A DNA stretch of 11,397 nt from Candidatus Dadabacteria bacterium (GTDB taxonomy: Bacteria > Desulfobacterota_D > UBA1144 > Nemesobacterales > CSP1-2): NCBI GenBank assembly GCA_040289575.1, contig PSLL01000007.1:65377-76773 (forward strand), written 5' to 3'. The notes under the pieces are model-generated. The model did not search any database and had not been told where the DNA came from. It saw nothing but the letters and a program-made list of their open reading frames with translations. Both the position numbers and the translations under genes were made by a program. Shown here one piece after another: positions 1 through 7,830 of the stretch. Position 1 is the stretch's first letter, and every line of letters begins with the position of its first letter.

Positions 1-1174
1 TGGCAATCCCCCAGCCGGTACCAAAAAGAATTAGATAAGGCTCCTTCCCCCCGAGAATCTTCTCCTTGAGTTCTGAGTAGCCTGTTAAATTCTCTCTGGA
101 CCTCGCATCGGTTACAACTATCTTGGGTTTTGAACCCTCTACTCTTTCGATCTCCTCCAAGACCTCATATAGAGAGGTTTTTATCCGAACAATGCCAAGT
201 GCTTCGTTTCTTGTCGGATTATATAAAACCCCTGGTCCCTCTGTCCAGTGCCGAAGCACCCTTTCTACAAGCACCCTCTGTTCTTCAACAGGATGCACGA
301 GAAAAAATACCTTTACTCCATAAGTTCTACACGCCCTCGATATATCGTGAACGTCCAGATTCGTAAAAGCGGTAGTAACGATTTGGAGATCTTTATTGTA
401 AACTGGATAATGAACTAATGCAACATACACCCTAAAAGACGGCGGGTTTTCCCTCTTGAGCAGACTTATTAGTTTCAGCTCTTCGACTGTAAGCCTGGTT
501 CTATCGAGCAAATCCGGTCTCCTGAAAAAGGTTCTTTTAATACTCTCTTCTCTCCTCCATCTTTCAATCTCTCTGTGGTTTCCAGAAAGCAGAATTTCGG
601 GAACTGCTTTTCCCTTATAAATCTCCGGCCTTGTATACTGTGGATATTCAAGAAGCCCTTCTCTAAATGAATCATCATAAGGTGACTCCTCATTCCCAAG
701 GACTCCGGGAATGAGTCTTGAGACAGCATCAATTATAACAGAGGCAGCGTACTCCCCGCCTGAGAGCACATAATCGCCGATTGAAATCTCTCTACCCACG
801 TAGATTTCCCTAATTCTTTCATCCACCCCCTCATACCTTCCGCATATTATTATGAGTTGGTCGTACTCTATAAACTCCCTTGCGATTTTATCCGAGAACC
901 TCTCACCCTGAGGCGTTGTAAGTACAACAAGGGATTTCGCACCGTTGGCTTTTGCAGATTCTATAGCATCTCCAAGCGGTCCAGGTTTAAACACCATACC
1001 GCCCCCTCCACCGTAAGGCTTATCATCTACCGTACTGTGTTTATCTGAAGCGAAACTCCTTATGTCGTGTATGTTTATCTTTATTATGCCCTTTTCCTGA
1101 GCCTTTTTTAGAATCCCGAATGAAAACGGAGACTCAAAAAATTTCGGGAAAATGGTAAGAATGTCATACCTCAT
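1..1174 (-). CDS. trmD: tRNA (guanine37-N1)-methyltransferase TrmD fused to a C-terminal Tm1570/DUF2168-like SPOUT RNA methyltransferase domain (3' end outside window)
   Basis: Hand translation from ATG at 1174 gives 391 codons with no stop to the window edge. TrmD motifs: MRYDILTIFP, VDDKPYGGGGGMV, TTPQG, CGRYEGVDER, SIGDYVLSGGE, SRLIPGVLG, DSF, LLEYPQYTRP, VPEILLSGNH, RRPDLL. From about codon 247 (nt ~436): FRVYVALVHYPVYNK, TNLDVHDISRACRTYG, HW..G, YNPTRNEAL, LILFGTGWG. SD-like TGGAGA at 1185-1190. Canonical position after rimM. Confidence 0.95.
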   Translation of the reverse strand, partial: MRYDILTIFPKFFESPFSFGILKKAQEKGIIKINIHDIRSFASDKHSTVDDKPYGGGGGMVFKPGPLGDAIESAKANGAKSLVVLTTPQGERFSDKIAREFIEYDQLIIICGRYEGVDERIREIYVGREISIGDYVLSGGEYAASVIIDAVSRLIPGVLGNEESPYDDSFREGLLEYPQYTRPEIYKGKAVPEILLSGNHREIERWRREESIKRTFFRRPDLLDRTRLTVEELKLISLLKRENPPSFRVYVALVHYPVYNKDLQIVTTAFTNLDVHDISRACRTYGVKVFFLVHPVEEQRVLVERVLRHWTEGPGVLYNPTRNEALGIVRIKTSLYEVLEEIERVEGSKPKIVVTDARSRENLTGYSELKEKILGGKEPYLILFGTGWGIA

Positions 1175-1195
1175 AGCTTTCCAATCTCCATTTTT

Positions 1196-1268
1196 ATCAC
1201 AGAGAGCATTGAAGATTTTATATACAGAGAGTTTAATTAAAAATTCTTTCTCTGTAACCTCTGTAGAT
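1196..1268. repeat. Nested inverted-repeat element (ACAGAG x2 ... CTCTGT x2) in the rimM-trmD spacer
   Basis: TACAGAGA (1223-1230) is the exact reverse complement of TCTCTGTA (1249-1256). ACAGAG (1199-1204) pairs with CTCTGT (1259-1264), extended by ATC/GAT with one bulge. Confidence 0.55.
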
Positions 1269-1276
1269 ATTAATCT

Positions 1277-1795
1277 TTAATCGAGGAGTCCGCTCAAGGG
1301 AGAGATAACTATTCGTGAATCTTTAAGGTTTATCTCTTTTACCAGAGCATCAATCATTGGAATTAAGAATTCCTTTTCATCTTCTTTGACCACAAGGAGG
1401 CTTTGCGGTGCTCTATCAATTAAATTCTCTACACGCCCCACATATCCTCCATCAGTTGTATAGACCATAAGTCCTATGAGTTGAAACCAATAGTATTCAT
1501 CCTCTTCCGTTTGCACAAGATCGGAGGTATCAACCATAACTGAGCATCCGCGGAACTTCTCAGCATCATCTACTGATCTAATTCCTTCAAGCCCTATTAT
1601 AGCCGATTCCTTCTCGAGTCTCCTTCGGATTACCTTAAACTCCTGAGGTTTTTCTTCCCCACATTTTTGTATAAAAATCCTCTCCAGCCTTGAAAGGTTC
1701 TCTAATTGACGACTAAAGGGATGGACTCTCAGCTCCCCTAAAAGCCCATGCGCTTTTGAAATCCTTCCAAAAGGGATAAGACCCATTTCTCTCAC
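1277..1795 (-). CDS. rimM: 16S rRNA processing protein RimM
   Basis: GRISKAHGLLGEL N-terminus, EDEYYWFQLIGL motif and C-terminal PRC-barrel (EFLIPMI). 172 aa, between the KH-domain gene and trmD. GTG start at 1795 with AAGGAA upstream; ATG at 1786 is an alternative. Confidence 0.95.
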   Translation of the reverse strand: MREMGLIPFGRISKAHGLLGELRVHPFSRQLENLSRLERIFIQKCGEEKPQEFKVIRRRLEKESAIIGLEGIRSVDDAEKFRGCSVMVDTSDLVQTEEDEYYWFQLIGLMVYTTDGGYVGRVENLIDRAPQSLLVVKEDEKEFLIPMIDALVKEINLKDSRIVISPLSGLLD

Positions 1796-1807
1796 TGAGA
1801 AATTCCT

Positions 1808-2047
1808 TTATTCAAGAATCTCAAGCACCGCCCGCTTCTTCATTTTGGCGGCAGCGGCACTGAGTATTGTTCTTATGGCTTTGGCGGTTTTTCCTTGCTT
1901 TCCAATAATCTTTCCCAAATCCTCAGGAGAGACCTTTAGTTCGAGCACCGATGTCTGCTCACCAGCAACCTCTCGCACCTCTACCTTCTCCGGGCTATCC
2001 ACAAGCGATTTCGCAATGTAGCTTACTAGCTCCTTTAGTTTCTCCAT
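1808..2047 (-). CDS. khpA: KH-domain RNA-binding protein (KhpA/YlqC, UPF0109 family)
   Basis: [20 protein letters not shown] GxxG loop, directly after rpsP. Start moved from 2077 to ATG 2047 because AGGAGGT (2055-2061) precedes it, giving 79 aa. Confidence 0.93.
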   Translation of the reverse strand: MEKLKELVSYIAKSLVDSPEKVEVREVAGEQTSVLELKVSPEDLGKIIGKQGKTAKAIRTILSAAAAKMKKRAVLEILE

Positions 2048-2113
2048 ATCCCTTACCTCCTGATTTTTATCCCTCAACTTCCCCTTGATCTCACATCTGT
2101 CTCAACTGAAGTC

Positions 2114-2347
2114 CTATATTAGTTTTGAGATAAGCCTCTCCACCCTTCCCGTAGGCTTTGCACCACGCCCAATCCAGTCTTTTACTCTTTCAATCTTTAC
2201 ATTAACTATCTGAGGGTCTTTTCTCGGGTCATAATAACCCAAAATTTCCAGAAACCTTCCGTCGCGCGGCGCGCGCGAATCGGCAGCCACGATTCTGTAA
2301 AGTGGTTGCTTGCTTGATCCCATCCTCGTAAGTCTTATTTTAACCAA
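2114..2347 (-). CDS. rpsP: 30S ribosomal protein S16
   Basis: MVKIRLTRMG...YRIVAADSRAPRDGRFLEILGYYDP...GAKPT. TTG start with GGGAGG SD at 2358-2363. Confidence 0.98.
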   Translation of the reverse strand: MVKIRLTRMGSSKQPLYRIVAADSRAPRDGRFLEILGYYDPRKDPQIVNVKIERVKDWIGRGAKPTGRVERLISKLI

Positions 2348-2382
2348 ACTGTTTTTACCTCCCTCTAAATTGACTCTCTCTA

Positions 2383-2453
2383 TTTAGCCGCGTGAACACA
2401 AATTTACACGAATAGAATAAATTTCACATCATTCGCGTCAATTCGTGGCTGAA
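2383..2453. repeat. Imperfect nested inverted-repeat element immediately 3' of ffh
   Basis: TTTAGCCGCG (2383-2392) vs CGTGGCTGAA (2444-2453) is 8/10 complementary. ACACGAAT (2406-2413) vs ATTCGCGT (2431-2438) is 7/8. Internal direct repeats CACAAAT/CACGAAT and ATTCGCG/ATTCGTG. Confidence 0.6.
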
Positions 2454-2454
2454 T

Positions 2455-3786
2455 TTACATAAACCTCATCATTCTCTTTGCGAGTTTTCCTATCTTTCCC
2501 ATATTTTTCATCATATCCCGCATCTGAACATAGTTCTTAATCATCCGGTTTACATCCTCAACTCTTGTGCCGCTTCCCCTTGCAATCCTCCTGCGCCGAC
2601 TGCCGTTTAGTATTGTGTGATTTTTTCTCTCTTCCCTTGTCATAGAGTTAATTATGGCAATCGTTTTTTTAATCTCTTTCTCAGCCGCCTCGAGAGCCTT
2701 AGGGTTCTTAGCAACCTGTTTCATTCCAGGAATCATCTCCGCCATGCTTTCAAGGGAACCCATCTTACGCATGGCAATCATCGCTTCTTTGAAATCCTCA
2801 ATCGAGAACTCCCTCCTAAGAAGCTTTTTTGCCATCTCCTCAGCCTGCTTTTCCTCAAACGCAGTTTGAGCCTTTTCAATAAAGGAGAGCACATCGCCCA
2901 TGCCGAGGATTCGAGAGGCAATCCTCTCTGGATAAAACACCTCTAGGGCGTCGAGCTTCTCTCCAACCCCAAAGAACTTTATAGGCTTTCCCGTTACGGT
3001 CTTAATCGAGAGGGCAGCTCCACCCCTTGCATCTCCATCCATCTTCGTAAGTATTACACCATCAATATCGAGGGCATCGTTAAAGCTGGTCGAGACATTT
3101 ACCGCATCCTGACCCGTCATTGCGTCTACGACAAGAAGTATCTCATGGGGATTGATTTCAGCCTTTATTCTCCTGAGTTCATTCATGAGTTCTTCATCAA
3201 TATGGAGCCTTCCCGCTGTATCCATGATCACGACATCATATCCGCCATAAGCAGCGGCAGACATTGCATCCTTACAAATCTCAACCGGGTCCTTGCCCGG
3301 CTCGGTATCGTATACACCGACCCCAACCTGCTGGGCAAGCACACGGAGCTGTTCTACAGCGGCAGGGCGATAAACATCCGCAGGGACAAGATAAGGATTC
3401 CTCTTATTCTGCTTGAGGTATTTTGCGAGCTTTGCGGCAGTCGTGGTTTTTCCAGAACCCTGAAGCCCCGCAAGCATTATGCCCACCGGAGGGGCAGCCC
3501 TAAGGTCAAGCTCAGAGCTTTTTTCTCCAAGTGTTCTTACAAGCTCCTCATAGACGATTTTTATAAACTGCTGTCCGGGACTAAGGCTTCCGATTACCTC
3601 CTGCCCCATGGCGCGCTTCCTGACGGAATCTATAAAATCCTTTACTACCTTGAAATTCACGTCGGCTTCAAGAAGGCTGAGGCGTACCTCACGGAGCACC
3701 TCTTGGATGTTGCTCTCACTGAGCTTTCCATAGCCCCTTATTTTCTTTAAAGTTGAGTTGAGCTTTTCAGAAATCCCCTCAAACAT
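2455..3786 (-). CDS. ffh: Signal recognition particle protein Ffh
   Basis: LLEADV N domain, GLQGSGKTT P-loop, DTAGR, TKMDGDARGG, Met-rich M domain with SRRRRIARGSG. 443 aa. Confidence 0.98.
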   Translation of the reverse strand: MFEGISEKLNSTLKKIRGYGKLSESNIQEVLREVRLSLLEADVNFKVVKDFIDSVRKRAMGQEVIGSLSPGQQFIKIVYEELVRTLGEKSSELDLRAAPPVGIMLAGLQGSGKTTTAAKLAKYLKQNKRNPYLVPADVYRPAAVEQLRVLAQQVGVGVYDTEPGKDPVEICKDAMSAAAYGGYDVVIMDTAGRLHIDEELMNELRRIKAEINPHEILLVVDAMTGQDAVNVSTSFNDALDIDGVILTKMDGDARGGAALSIKTVTGKPIKFFGVGEKLDALEVFYPERIASRILGMGDVLSFIEKAQTAFEEKQAEEMAKKLLRREFSIEDFKEAMIAMRKMGSLESMAEMIPGMKQVAKNPKALEAAEKEIKKTIAIINSMTREERKNHTILNGSRRRRIARGSGTRVEDVNRMIKNYVQMRDMMKNMGKIGKLAKRMMRFM

Positions 3787-3934
3787 AGCCGTCTAAAAGA
3801 AAACCTCTAAAAATAGTATAAACATTAATAACTAGCATAAGTTATATAGATTGTCAAATAACCCTTGCTGACAAAAAGGAAAGCTTCGATCTATTAGGTA
3901 TAATACTGTTTTAAACTTTAATTAGGAGGCTATC
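3787..3934. promoter_or_regulatory. AT-rich divergent promoter region between ffh and the dehydrogenase gene
   Basis: Minus-strand TTGACA at 3852-3857 (toward ffh). Plus-strand TATAAT at 3899-3904 and AGGAGG SD at 3924-3929 before ATG 3935. Partner boxes are weak. Confidence 0.5.
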
Positions 3935-4792
3935 ATGAATGTAGAGGATGTGAAAAAGGTCGGTGTTCTGGGAGCGGGGACAATGGGCTCTGGGATCGCT
4001 CAGGTTGTAGCTTCAAATGGAAAGGACGTTGTTCTCCTAGATGTTTCCGATTCCGCACTCGGTCGTGGAATAAAAACAATAGGGGATAGCCTGGGAAGGT
4101 TCATAAAAAAGGGAGAAATAAAAGAGGAAGATAGAAATTCCATTTTATCTCGAATTCATACAACCACAAAGTTTGAGGATCTAGGTGATGTTGATCTGGT
4201 TATAGAAGCCGTATTTGAAAATATGGATGTAAAAAAGGAGACTTTTAAAAAGTTAGATTCGTCTACGCGCCCGGCTGTCATCCTTGCTACAAATACGTCT
4301 TCGCTTCCGATTATAGAGATTGCCGTAAATACAAAAAGACCGGATAAGGTGGTAGGGATGCACTTCTTTAATCCTGCCCCTATTATGAAGCTCGTAGAGG
4401 TAGTAAGAAGCCTTGCAACGTCGGATGAAACGGTGGAATTCGCTTATAACTTCGCCAAGGCTCTTGGAAAGGACCCAGTTATAACGAAAGATGTTCCCGG
4501 ATTTATAGTAAACCGTGTCCTCATGCCTATGCTCAATGAGGCGGTGTTTGCCCTTGAAGAGGGCGTGGGAACGCCCGAGGACATTGATAAAGCAATGAAG
4601 CTCGGAACAAATCAGCCGATTGGCCCTCTTGCACTTATAGACCTAATAGGACTCGATGTGACCCTTGATGTGATAGATGTCCTCTACCGTGAGTTTCAGG
4701 ATCCCAAATTCCGCGCCGCTCCTCTTCTCCGCCAGATGGTTCGCGCGGGATGGCTGGGAAGAAAAACGGGAAGGGGGTTTTATAAGTATTGA
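3935..4792 (+). CDS. hbd: 3-hydroxybutyryl-CoA (3-hydroxyacyl-CoA) dehydrogenase
   Basis: VGVLGAGTMGSGIA Rossmann motif, DLVIEAVFE, LATNTSS, catalytic GMHFFNPAP, GFIVNR, PIGPLALIDLIGLD, GRKTGRGFYKY. 285 aa, strong SD. Confidence 0.93.
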   Translation: MNVEDVKKVGVLGAGTMGSGIAQVVASNGKDVVLLDVSDSALGRGIKTIGDSLGRFIKKGEIKEEDRNSILSRIHTTTKFEDLGDVDLVIEAVFENMDVKKETFKKLDSSTRPAVILATNTSSLPIIEIAVNTKRPDKVVGMHFFNPAPIMKLVEVVRSLATSDETVEFAYNFAKALGKDPVITKDVPGFIVNRVLMPMLNEAVFALEEGVGTPEDIDKAMKLGTNQPIGPLALIDLIGLDVTLDVIDVLYREFQDPKFRAAPLLRQMVRAGWLGRKTGRGFYKY

Positions 4793-4797
4793 TAGAA

Positions 4798-6198
4798 CTA
4801 ATTCTTTGGAATCTGAGAGACCGCCCTTTTTAATCTCTCCAATACCTTCTCTCTTCCCAGAACTTCCATCACCTCGAAGATTCCGGGGCTTACCGTTCCT
4901 CCAGTAAGAGCGACTCTTACGGGCTGGGCGATTTGAACGAGCTTGATTTCTCTTTTCTCCGTGATTTCTCCAAATATCCTCTGTAATTCTGGAACCGTAA
5001 AATCACGAAGGGAAGAGAGTTTATTTATGAGTTCTTCAATAATCGGAAGCGCATCTGATGTGAGAAACTTCTTTCGAGCTGCCCCTTCATATTTGATTTC
5101 ATCGGCGAAAAAGTATTCCGCAGAGTCGGCAAGCTCTACAAGCGTTTTTGCCCTCTCTCGAAGTATGTTTACAATCTTTATAAACCTTTCATCGAGAGCA
5201 ACTTGAAATCCCTTCTTATGGAGAAATGGAATTACAAGCTCTGCAATCTCCTCGGCTGGTTTGTTTCTTATATACCAGCCGTTTAGCCACAAGAGTTTTT
5301 CGGGATTAAAAACGGCGGCGCCTTTTCCTACGCTGTCGAGGGTGAATTTATCAATCAATTCATCCTTTGAAAAAATCTCCTGATCCCCATAAGACCAGCC
5401 GAGGCGGGCAAGGTAATTTACAACCGCCTCTGGAAGGTAGCCCATTTCCCTGTATGCGACGACCGAGGTGGCGCCGTGTCTTTTACTCAGCCTTGTCTTA
5501 TCAGAGCCAAGGATCATTGAGACGTGCGCAAATTTGGGAATATTTTGTGATAAAGCCTCATATATGAGAATCTGTTTCGGGGTGTTTGCAATATGGTCGT
5601 CTCCCCGTATGACATGTGTTATATCCATCGTAGCATCATCAATCACTACGGCAAAGTTATATGTCGGAAATCCGTCGGTTTTTTGAATGACAAAATCATC
5701 AATTTCTTTGGCATCAAAAGATATTGTTCCTCTGATTAGGTCTTCAACCTCTATATTCCCCTCTTCAGGCGTCGCGAGTCGAATGGCAAATGGCTTATCT
5801 GGGGAATGGGATTTCAGATTTCTGCATGTGCCCTCGTATCTGTAGACCCTTCCCTGCTTTTCTGCTTCTTTTCTTCTCCTCTCAATCTCATTAGGGGTGC
5901 AATAGCATCTATATGCCTTTCCAGATGCAAGGAGCCTCTCGGCATACTCCTGATAAATTGAGAGCCTGTCAGACTGTCTAAACGGACCCTCATCCCAATT
6001 GAGTCCGAGCCACATCATACCATCTAGTATTTCAGATATAGATTCTTCAGTCGAGCGATTGCGGTCTGTGTCTTCGATCCGAAGAATAAATCTTCCGCCG
6101 TAGTGCCTTGCAAAAAGCCAGTTAAAAATCGCGGTTCTTGCCCCGCCTATATGAAGCGCTCCGGTTGGACTTGGAGCAAATCTCGTTCTCACACTCAT
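4798..6198 (-). CDS. gltX: Glutamate--tRNA ligase
   Basis: RTRFAPSPTG, HIGG (HIGH-like), LRIEDTD, CYC...YEGTC Zn region, HVIRGDDH, RLSKR (KMSKS-like), and a full anticodon-binding domain (PVRVALTG). 466 aa. Confidence 0.97.
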   Translation of the reverse strand: MSVRTRFAPSPTGALHIGGARTAIFNWLFARHYGGRFILRIEDTDRNRSTEESISEILDGMMWLGLNWDEGPFRQSDRLSIYQEYAERLLASGKAYRCYCTPNEIERRRKEAEKQGRVYRYEGTCRNLKSHSPDKPFAIRLATPEEGNIEVEDLIRGTISFDAKEIDDFVIQKTDGFPTYNFAVVIDDATMDITHVIRGDDHIANTPKQILIYEALSQNIPKFAHVSMILGSDKTRLSKRHGATSVVAYREMGYLPEAVVNYLARLGWSYGDQEIFSKDELIDKFTLDSVGKGAAVFNPEKLLWLNGWYIRNKPAEEIAELVIPFLHKKGFQVALDERFIKIVNILRERAKTLVELADSAEYFFADEIKYEGAARKKFLTSDALPIIEELINKLSSLRDFTVPELQRIFGEITEKREIKLVQIAQPVRVALTGGTVSPGIFEVMEVLGREKVLERLKRAVSQIPKN

Positions 6199-6206
6199 GG
6201 AATCTT

Positions 6207-6235
6207 AGGTTAAATTAGAGTTTAAAACGAGTCAA
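6207..6235 (-). promoter_or_regulatory. Sigma70-type promoter for gltX (TTGACT-17-TAACCT)
   Basis: -35 TTGACT at 6235-6230, 17-nt spacer, -10 TAACCT at 6212-6207, then 8 nt to ATG 6198. Confidence 0.6.
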
Positions 6236-6316
6236 ACCTTATATCGGAGATGAGGTAAACCAGATTGAAATAATATATGTGATTGCGATCCATTAAATCA
6301 ATCATGTATCTCTATA

Positions 6317-7681
6317 TTAATCTAGTTTGTTTTTGACCCGCTCTAAGGTTCCCTCAATAAGTGAGCGTATCTCCTCAAGCCTCTCTTTTGTCTTTGCCTC
6401 AAATCTGAGAACCAAAGCTGGCTGTGTGTTGGATGGTCTTATAAGCCCCCAGCCGTCGGGAAATTCAATCCTCACACCGTCTATATCAATAACCTTGTAT
6501 TCCTTTTTAAATTCCTCTTTTACCTTTTCTACCAAATTAAACTTCATTTCATCCGAGCACTCAACCCGGATCTCGGGAGTAGAGAATGCGGGAGGCATTC
6601 CATCTAGGAGTTGAGATACCTTTTTCCCTGTTCTTGAAATAATCTCAAGGAGCCTTAGCGCCGCATAGACTGCATCATCATATCCAAAGAATTTATCTCC
6701 AAAGAATATGTGCCCGCTCATCTCACCGGCTAAAACCGCCCCTTCTACCCTCATTTTATTCTTCATCAGAGAATGTCCGGCCTTCCACATAATGGGCTTT
6801 CCACCGAGCCTCTCTATCTCTCGATATAGCCTAGTTGAAGATTTCACCTCACCGACTACCTTAGTCCCGGGAATTCGCTCAATCACATCCCTTGCAAAGA
6901 TGGCAAGGAGCATATCGCCCCAGATCACATTCCCATTTTCATCAATGACGCCTATCCTATCGCCGTCTCCATCAAAACCGATTCCTAAATCGAGTCTTTC
7001 GCGCTGAATAGTGTCTATCAAGTCTCTGAGATTCCCCTCTACAATCGGGTCGGGATGGTGATTTGGAAACCTTCCGTCGGGGGCGACGTAAAGCTCGGTT
7101 ACTTCGCATCCAAATTCCTTTAAAATCCCAGGCGCAATAATTCCTGTCATGGCGTTTCCGCAGTCTATTGCAACCCTGATTCCCGGCCTTATCTCTACAT
7201 TTTCTCTGAGAAAATTCAGGTACTTATCCATTATGCTGGTCGCCTCAACCGAGCCCGAGCCCTTTGCAAAGTCACCGCCCTCCGCAATCCTTTTAATCTT
7301 CTGAATCTCCTCCCCAAAAAGCGCCTCTTTTCCCACACAGAGCTTAACCCCATTGTATTCAGATGGATTGTGGCTTGCCGTAATCATAACCCCACCATCT
7401 ACATCGAGGTTGAACAGTGAGAAATAAACCATAGGCGTCGTAACCATGCCTATGTCTATGATATTTATGCCTGTTGAGGTAATTCCATCGCTTATGGCTT
7501 TGGCAAACGCGGGGGAACTCAGCCTGCAATCTCTTCCTAGTGACACCCTATTCTTTCCCATTTTTCTCATGTATGTGCCGTAGGCTTTTCCGATTCTCTC
7601 AATAATCTCTTCATTAAGGTCTTCTCCAACGACGCCTCTTATGTCGTATTCTCTGAATATCCGAGGATTAATCCGATTCAA
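6317..7681 (-). CDS. Phosphomannomutase/phosphoglucomutase (AlgC/ManB-like)
   Basis: IFREYDIRG N-terminus, ITASHNP phosphoserine loop, FDGDGDR metal loop, GEMSGH sugar loop, IRPSNTQP. TTG start with AGGAGG at 7687-7692. Confidence 0.95.
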   Translation of the reverse strand: MNRINPRIFREYDIRGVVGEDLNEEIIERIGKAYGTYMRKMGKNRVSLGRDCRLSSPAFAKAISDGITSTGINIIDIGMVTTPMVYFSLFNLDVDGGVMITASHNPSEYNGVKLCVGKEALFGEEIQKIKRIAEGGDFAKGSGSVEATSIMDKYLNFLRENVEIRPGIRVAIDCGNAMTGIIAPGILKEFGCEVTELYVAPDGRFPNHHPDPIVEGNLRDLIDTIQRERLDLGIGFDGDGDRIGVIDENGNVIWGDMLLAIFARDVIERIPGTKVVGEVKSSTRLYREIERLGGKPIMWKAGHSLMKNKMRVEGAVLAGEMSGHIFFGDKFFGYDDAVYAALRLLEIISRTGKKVSQLLDGMPPAFSTPEIRVECSDEMKFNLVEKVKEEFKKEYKVIDIDGVRIEFPDGWGLIRPSNTQPALVLRFEAKTKERLEEIRSLIEGTLERVKNKLD

Positions 7682-7745
7682 AATTTCCTCCTGAATTGAG
7701 TATGTAGAAATTTTACAATCTGTTAGGCTGAAATGGAAGAAAAAT

Positions 7746-7792
7746 GTAGGGGCTAGCCTCCTTGTCTGCCATGATACAAGGACAACCGCTAC
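7746..7792. repeat. GTAG-footed REP-like hairpin between the divergent PMM/PGM and xseA genes
   Basis: GTAGGGG (7746-7752) vs CCGCTAC (7786-7792) is 6/7 complementary. Inner perfect stem TCCTTGT (7759-7765)/ACAAGGA (7776-7782). Confidence 0.5.
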
Positions 7793-7830
7793 TTGACTAT
7801 ATCCCTCCTATCTCAAATACTCTTTTTACA

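Noticed and set aside
123..1048. Short ORFs 123-323, 130-366, 475-732 and 857-1048
   Set aside because: All are antisense or off-frame shadows of the trmD fusion gene.
2260..2280. CG-rich run GTCGCGCGGCGCGCGCGAAT
   Set aside because: Encodes the conserved DSRAPRD segment of S16.
2617..3750. Plus-strand ORFs including the 201-aa ORF 3145-3750
   Set aside because: Antisense to the highly conserved ffh, with no recognisable motifs.
5130..5170. Using the Arg in LRERAKTL to call GltX discriminating or non-discriminating
   Set aside because: This residue alone is not diagnostic; glnS and gatCAB content is needed.
6247..6313. Possible hairpin/terminator between PMM/PGM and gltX (ATATGTGATTG...CAATCATGTAT)
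   Set aside because: AT-rich, relies on G-U pairs that form only on the non-transcribed strand, and has no U-tract.
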